64,000 nucleotides of DNA from an uncultured delta proteobacterium (GTDB lineage: Bacteria; Desulfobacterota; RBG-13-43-22). Positions 59,451-64,000 of the stretch are shown here, piece after piece. The translations under genes were made by a program, and so were the position numbers. Where the stretch lies: contig CAWAKF010000030.1 in assembly GCA_963782435.1 (NCBI GenBank), forward strand, positions 84,573-148,572. Reading direction: 5' to 3'. Every line of letters begins with the position of its first letter. Within the stretch, counting starts at the first letter, position 1. The notes under the pieces were generated by a model. It worked only from the letters and a program-made list of their open reading frames with translations, was not told where the DNA came from and did not search any database.

Positions 59451-60809
59451 ATGGCCGAAGATTATTTTACGTATACCGAAAAAATATTCGATCCTAATGA
59501 GATTCCCGGAAAACCTGAAGCCTTGAAAGGGATCCGGGTCCTCGATCTGTCCCACATGATCTTCGGCCCCACCGCCGCCAAGTTTCTGGGACAATTCGGG
59601 GCGGAAGTGATCAAAGTGGAAGTCCCCTACCAGGGCGACTACTGGCGGGGAGGAACCTACTGGGGAAAATTTTGGAAACATTCTAACCCTCTTTGGCATT
59701 TTATCAACCAGAATAAATATTTCGTTGCCATCGATGTTAAGAAACCCAAAGGAAAAGATCTGATTTTAAGGTTGGCCGAGAAATCCGACGTGGTCATAGA
59801 AAACTTTACCTCCGGAACAGTGGAGGCCTGGGGGATCGGTTATACCCAGGTGAGCAAGATCAACCCCAAAGTTATCTACGCCTCGTTAAGTACCTACGGC
59901 CAATATGGTCCTTTCCGCTATTTTCCGGGTTGGGATTTACTGGCCCAGGGGGCCAGTGGAGTCCTTTCCATTACCGGCCATCCGGAAACAGAAAAATATT
60001 TCAAGATTCCCGATTTTTTCGGTGATTTTTTCCCGGGTCATTATGCCGCCATGCAAATTCTGATGGCCCTTAACTATCGGGAAAGGACTGGAGAAGGCCA
60101 GTATCTCGATTGTTGTCAGGCTGAAATTCTGATGAGGTCCCTCTTTCATTTCACCCTTCACGAAGCCACCGGGGATGATCTGGGGCGTACCGGAAACATG
60201 GACCCCACCATGGCCCCTTCAGGGATTTTTAAAACCCGGGACGAAAAATTCATCGCCCTGGCCATTGGGACGGATAAACAATTTCAGGCCCTCTGCCGGG
60301 TCCTTGGTCGGGAAGATCTGGCGCAAGACAAAAAATTTAAAAAGGCCTTTGACCGGCTTAAGCTGGAAAATGCCTCCGAATTAGATCGGATCGTTGAAGA
60401 ATGGGTTTCCTCCCAGGAGGCTTCTGTGATCATTGACCTGGGCAGAAAACATCATTTCGCCGTGGCCGAAGTCATGGATGATGTGCAAATCGGTCAGGAT
60501 CCCTGGCGGCAGGAGCGGGGAAGCGTCATCCGTTTCCATGATGACATGTATAAAGAACTGGAATTGGAAGGCCCGATTGCCATGCTCAGTAAAACTCCGG
60601 GGAGGACCAAGTGGCTTACCCGGCCTCTGGGGTATCATAACCGGTATATCTTTAAAAAAATTTTGGGTCTTACCGAAAAACAGATTAAGACCTTGGAAAA
60701 AGAAAGGGCTGTGGGCTACTGGGATTTCCGGGTCGGCCAGCGCCCGCCTATTTATTACAATTTGGAAAAGGATCCTATTTTTAATTATCAAGGGGGTGAG
60801 GACCATTAA
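59451..60809 (+). CDS. family III (CaiB/BaiF) CoA-transferase, subunit 1
   Basis: LKGIRVLDLS, GAEVIKVE, DVVIENF, YGQYGP, GWDLLAQ. Confidence 0.92.
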   Translation: MAEDYFTYTEKIFDPNEIPGKPEALKGIRVLDLSHMIFGPTAAKFLGQFGAEVIKVEVPYQGDYWRGGTYWGKFWKHSNPLWHFINQNKYFVAIDVKKPKGKDLILRLAEKSDVVIENFTSGTVEAWGIGYTQVSKINPKVIYASLSTYGQYGPFRYFPGWDLLAQGASGVLSITGHPETEKYFKIPDFFGDFFPGHYAAMQILMALNYRERTGEGQYLDCCQAEILMRSLFHFTLHEATGDDLGRTGNMDPTMAPSGIFKTRDEKFIALAIGTDKQFQALCRVLGREDLAQDKKFKKAFDRLKLENASELDRIVEEWVSSQEASVIIDLGRKHHFAVAEVMDDVQIGQDPWRQERGSVIRFHDDMYKELELEGPIAMLSKTPGRTKWLTRPLGYHNRYIFKKILGLTEKQIKTLEKERAVGYWDFRVGQRPPIYYNLEKDPIFNYQGGEDH

Positions 60810-62157
60810 AGAGCAGGTCTTTTCAAGATATTTACAAAAAAAAGGCTCCTCCCATCGACTTTCCGCCTGGAGTGAGTTTTTATCGAAAATGATGGTTGCC
60901 GAGGGAAAGGCGGAAGCCTTGGATGATATGGTGGTCCTGGACCTGAGTTATGCCAATTTTTCAGGGAATATTACTGCCAGCTTTTTTGCCGAAGCCGGAG
61001 CCGAGGTGATCAAGATAGAACCTCCTGATGGAGATCCGGCCAGAGTGATGAGTCCCTATGGGACCCAGGTCAAGGGAGTTGGGATCCCTTTTCTGATGGA
61101 AAGCCGGAATAAACGGAACATCACCTTAGATGTCGCTGATCCTGAGGATCGGGAAAACTTTAAGCGCCTGGCCTCCCGGGCCGATGTGGTCATCGAAACC
61201 TTCGCACCCGGTGAAATGGATGCCTGGGGGATCGGCTATCGCCAGTTAAAGGAGCTGAACCCCGGACTGGTCTATATTGCCATAACACCTTATGGGCATT
61301 ATACGGCCAAAGCCAAAGAAATGGCCGGAATGCCCTGGACCGATTTGACCAGTCAGGCCGAATCAGGACTGACCGCATTGATTGGAGATCTCCCGGATAC
61401 GCCGGATCCTTTTAACTGGCCCACCCGGGCCGGGTTTTATGCCGCTGGGTATACCACGGCCGTGGGTGCGGCCTGTGGAGGGCTGACGGCTTCTTTTTTC
61501 AAGCGCCGGACCGGAGAAGGTCAGATGATTGATATTGCCTCCGCCGATGCCTATACCTCCTGCGTCGGTTTTCCGCCTACCATCGGCTATGTCTGGAAAA
61601 AACCCCGGTTGCGCTATGGAACTCTGGACTACGGCCTATGTCCTTATGGATTTTTCAAGGCTAAAGACGGCTATGTGGCTATCGCCTGTTTTCGAGACCA
61701 GGACTTCCGGGCGGCCATGAAGATTCTGGGTACCTGGAAATTGGAGGAAGACTGGAAATCTCTCTTAGACCGAATCACCGATGATATCGATAAGGTAAAA
61801 GAATTGAACGAAGCGGTGGAAAAGGCGGTTGGTCGGTATACCTATAAGGAAATCTCCGATAAATTTTCCAGATACAGCGTCAAGTCGGCCCGGTCCAAAT
61901 GGCGGGGCGGGGGGTTGCCGGTAACGACCAAGATGTTGACTCCCAAAGAGGTGTTAGACCAAGAGCACTGGAAGGTTCGCGGCTCATTTGCCAAAGTGGA
62001 CCATCCAGCCTTCGGGATCGTTACCTTGCCGGTTACCGGCAAAATGTCCAAAACACCGTTGCGCGTGAAATGGATCTCGGCCAATATCGGGGAGGATAAT
62101 GACTATATTTTCAAAAAATATGGATTGGAACCCAAAAAAGAAGGAAAGGATATATAA
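60796..62157 (+). CDS. family III CoA-transferase, subunit 2 (start uncertain)
   Basis: VLDLS, GAEVIKIEPP, ADVVIE, LNPGLVY, TDLTSQA, TGEGQ. Confidence 0.9.
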   Translation: MRTIKEQVFSRYLQKKGSSHRLSAWSEFLSKMMVAEGKAEALDDMVVLDLSYANFSGNITASFFAEAGAEVIKIEPPDGDPARVMSPYGTQVKGVGIPFLMESRNKRNITLDVADPEDRENFKRLASRADVVIETFAPGEMDAWGIGYRQLKELNPGLVYIAITPYGHYTAKAKEMAGMPWTDLTSQAESGLTALIGDLPDTPDPFNWPTRAGFYAAGYTTAVGAACGGLTASFFKRRTGEGQMIDIASADAYTSCVGFPPTIGYVWKKPRLRYGTLDYGLCPYGFFKAKDGYVAIACFRDQDFRAAMKILGTWKLEEDWKSLLDRITDDIDKVKELNEAVEKAVGRYTYKEISDKFSRYSVKSARSKWRGGGLPVTTKMLTPKEVLDQEHWKVRGSFAKVDHPAFGIVTLPVTGKMSKTPLRVKWISANIGEDNDYIFKKYGLEPKKEGKDI

Positions 62158-62179
62158 AAAAATTTCAATTCCCATGAGA

Positions 62180-62262
62180 GCTTTCAGCGATTAGCGGGCA
62201 GCTCTTAGAAAACCATTTTAATAGCGTTTTTACTGACTGCTTAAGGCTAAAAGCTGTCCGCT
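62180..62262. repeat. period-7 inverted-arm repeat between convergent genes
   Basis: gctttca gcgatta gcgggca gctctta g / ctgactg cttaagg ctaaaag ctgtccg ct. Confidence 0.75.
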
Positions 62263-62298
62263 CCATCCGGAACTTATCAATTTCAGGATGGAAATCGA

Positions 62299-62988
62299 CT
62301 AAGCCCGGTCTCCTCTGCTTTCAGGAAGCTGATCCAGGTACCACTCCATGGGATTGAGCAGGGTAAATCCCAATGCCTTCAGTTTCTTTTTCACGGCCGT
62401 CACATTGTTGGTCAAGAGATAAGGGAAGACCATCCGTTTTCCTTCTTCCCAATGTCTGGCGACCAGGATACTGCCGAAAGGGATCCTTTCCTCACTAATG
62501 GCATCCACAATTTTTTTCATCGTCCCCAACTTATCTTCGGCCAGAATACACAAGAGTGTTCCCGGTTGTTCGATCCCCAGGACATTGATAAAAGCGCGCA
62601 TTAAATCCAACCGGGAAATAATCCCTATTACCTTCCCTTTCTGATCCACAACGGGAAAGGCCCCGACCCGAACTTTCTGCATCATCAGCAGGGCATCCTC
62701 AAGAGTCTGGCTGGGGGAGACCGTAACAGGATTTTTGGTCATAATATCTTTTATTTTTAATTGGGACACTCGGTCTTTCTCACTTTCCCTGTCTTGCTCG
62801 GATAAAAAGCCGGACGGCAAAGCGCTTCTGATGTCTCGGTCCGTAACAATCCCGATGAGGAGGTCATCTCCCTCGACCACGGGCAGTGAATGGATATGGT
62901 GTTTTTCCAGCCTTTCCGTGGCTTCCAGAATGCCGGCCTCCGGTTCAATAGTGATCACATTTTTGGTCATAGATCGATCGATAAACAT
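62299..62988 (-). CDS. AcuB-like CBS-pair protein
   Basis: Two CBS domains (LPVV..GIVTDRD; FPVV..GIIS) plus an ACT-like C-terminus. Confidence 0.85.
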   Translation of the reverse strand: MFIDRSMTKNVITIEPEAGILEATERLEKHHIHSLPVVEGDDLLIGIVTDRDIRSALPSGFLSEQDRESEKDRVSQLKIKDIMTKNPVTVSPSQTLEDALLMMQKVRVGAFPVVDQKGKVIGIISRLDLMRAFINVLGIEQPGTLLCILAEDKLGTMKKIVDAISEERIPFGSILVARHWEEGKRMVFPYLLTNNVTAVKKKLKALGFTLLNPMEWYLDQLPESRGDRA

Positions 62989-63006
62989 AATGCCTCCGTT
63001 CTTAGG

Positions 63007-63990
63007 CTATGAAGGGTTTGATTCTTTCATCCTCAAGTGGTTATCGGCCAGCAGTATTTTTAAGTGATTGGTAATGAGTTCCGGGAGTCGGTTAAGGCAA
63101 TAGCCTCCCTCAAGGATTGAAATAACCCTTCCTTGCGCGTATTGGTCGGCCATATTGACGATCTCTTCCATAATCCAGGAGAATCCCTCCGTAGACAAGT
63201 TAATGTCGGACATATCATCATCCATATGGGCATCAAATCCGGCGGAAACCAGAATTACCTCGGGTTTGAATCGGGCAAAGGCCGGAATCAAATCCCGTTC
63301 AATTAAGGCCCGGTATTCTTTATCCCCCTGACTCGGCAGAACCGGGGAGTTCAAAGTGAAGCCGTATCCTTCGCCCACACCTTTCTCAAATTCCCGGCCC
63401 GTACCCGGATAAGCAAAAGTTGGATGCTCGTGGATTGAATAGTAGAACACTGAAGAGTCCTGCTCAAAAATGTGTTGGGTGCCGTTTCCATGATGCACAT
63501 CAAAATCGACGATACCGACCCGCTCGATTTTCCAAGTCCTTTGCAGGTGCCGGGCGGCTATGGCCACGTTGTTGAAATAACAGAATCCTAATGCCTGGTT
63601 GACTTCTGCATGATGTCCGGGGGGCCGCACAGCACAAAAGGCATTATCCAGTTTTCCCTCCATTACCCGGTCGACCGCTTCCAGGACACCGCCAACTGCT
63701 AATAAGGCGGTTTCAAAGCTCTCGAATGAGATCTGGTTGTCGGGATGGCCGAGTTCGGTCAAGCCGTTATAACAGGCATCCCGAAATCGGCTTATTAAAT
63801 CGGAACTGTGAACCATTCGAATTGTCTTTTCGTCGGCCGGTCGACCCGGGATCAAGGTTAGTTTGGGCAACAACCCTGCCGCCTGAATCCCTTGAAATAT
63901 GGCCTCAAGTCTCTCGGGGACTTCCGGATGACCGGGACCGGTAAGATGGTTCAGAAAGCGTTTGTTATACAAAAAACCTGTTCTTTTCAT
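63007..63990 (-). CDS. histone deacetylase family (AcuC/HdaH-like) protein
   Basis: HPE.PERL, RPPGHHA, GFC.FNN, DFDVHHGNGT, SAGFD, LEGGY. Confidence 0.95.
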   Translation of the reverse strand: MKRTGFLYNKRFLNHLTGPGHPEVPERLEAIFQGIQAAGLLPKLTLIPGRPADEKTIRMVHSSDLISRFRDACYNGLTELGHPDNQISFESFETALLAVGGVLEAVDRVMEGKLDNAFCAVRPPGHHAEVNQALGFCYFNNVAIAARHLQRTWKIERVGIVDFDVHHGNGTQHIFEQDSSVFYYSIHEHPTFAYPGTGREFEKGVGEGYGFTLNSPVLPSQGDKEYRALIERDLIPAFARFKPEVILVSAGFDAHMDDDMSDINLSTEGFSWIMEEIVNMADQYAQGRVISILEGGYCLNRLPELITNHLKILLADNHLRMKESNPS

Positions 63991-64000
63991 AATTGTCCCT

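Noticed and set aside
60433-60795. Long N-terminal extension of the second CoA-transferase (likewise upstream extensions of pcm, livM, livF, oppD)
   Set aside because: These overlap the upstream gene or a repeat in another frame; homology starts only near the upstream stop.
8776-62262. Periodic repeats as CRISPR arrays
   Set aside because: Units are 7-9 nt with no unique 30-40-nt spacers, and there are no cas genes in the window.
162-63944. Numerous antisense or nested ORFs in the six-frame track (e.g. 38216-39001 +, 46562-47383 +, 50730-51509 +)
   Set aside because: They are shadows of well-supported genes on the opposite strand, with no motifs of their own.

Overview
Bacterial chromosomal segment, probably from an anaerobic deltaproteobacterium/Desulfobacterota (inferred from gene content). 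Many housekeeping genes are split by single-base indels, which are most likely assembly errors. Left to right: a complex-I-like nuoABCDHIJK operon with Mrp-type subunits and no nuoEFG; ribF; tRNA-Leu(CAG); then a decayed ~3.5-kb accessory islet. The islet holds a DUF433/PIN toxin-antitoxin relic, a four-helix-bundle gene inside period-7 inverted arms, a Cys-rich Y1/IS200-like protein lacking its catalytic Tyr helix, and a type I R-M locus collapsed by deletion. Next come radical SAM, acyl-CoA ligase, ald and a methyltransferase; a divergent GAPDH, a giant PPDK-like protein lacking the pyruvate-binding domain, and a canonical gap; thyA, an HI0933 flavoprotein, rlmN and vapBC; amidohydrolase, FrhB-like, tsaA; a Gld-like ABC/DUF4340/PPIase cluster; an Opp/Dpp transporter with three binding-protein paralogues; ilvD, pcm, argD-like, GNAT; an SDR-Liv ABC-double CoA-transferase operon; and acuB/acuC-like genes. 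Most notable: (1) about a dozen intergenic 7-9-nt periodic, often inverted-arm elements that share geometry but not sequence with the four-helix-bundle cassette and invade gene termini; (2) the GAPDH / acceptor-less PPDK-like / GAPDH module; (3) the Tyr-less Cys-rich HUH protein sitting between duplicated hsdS 3' ends.
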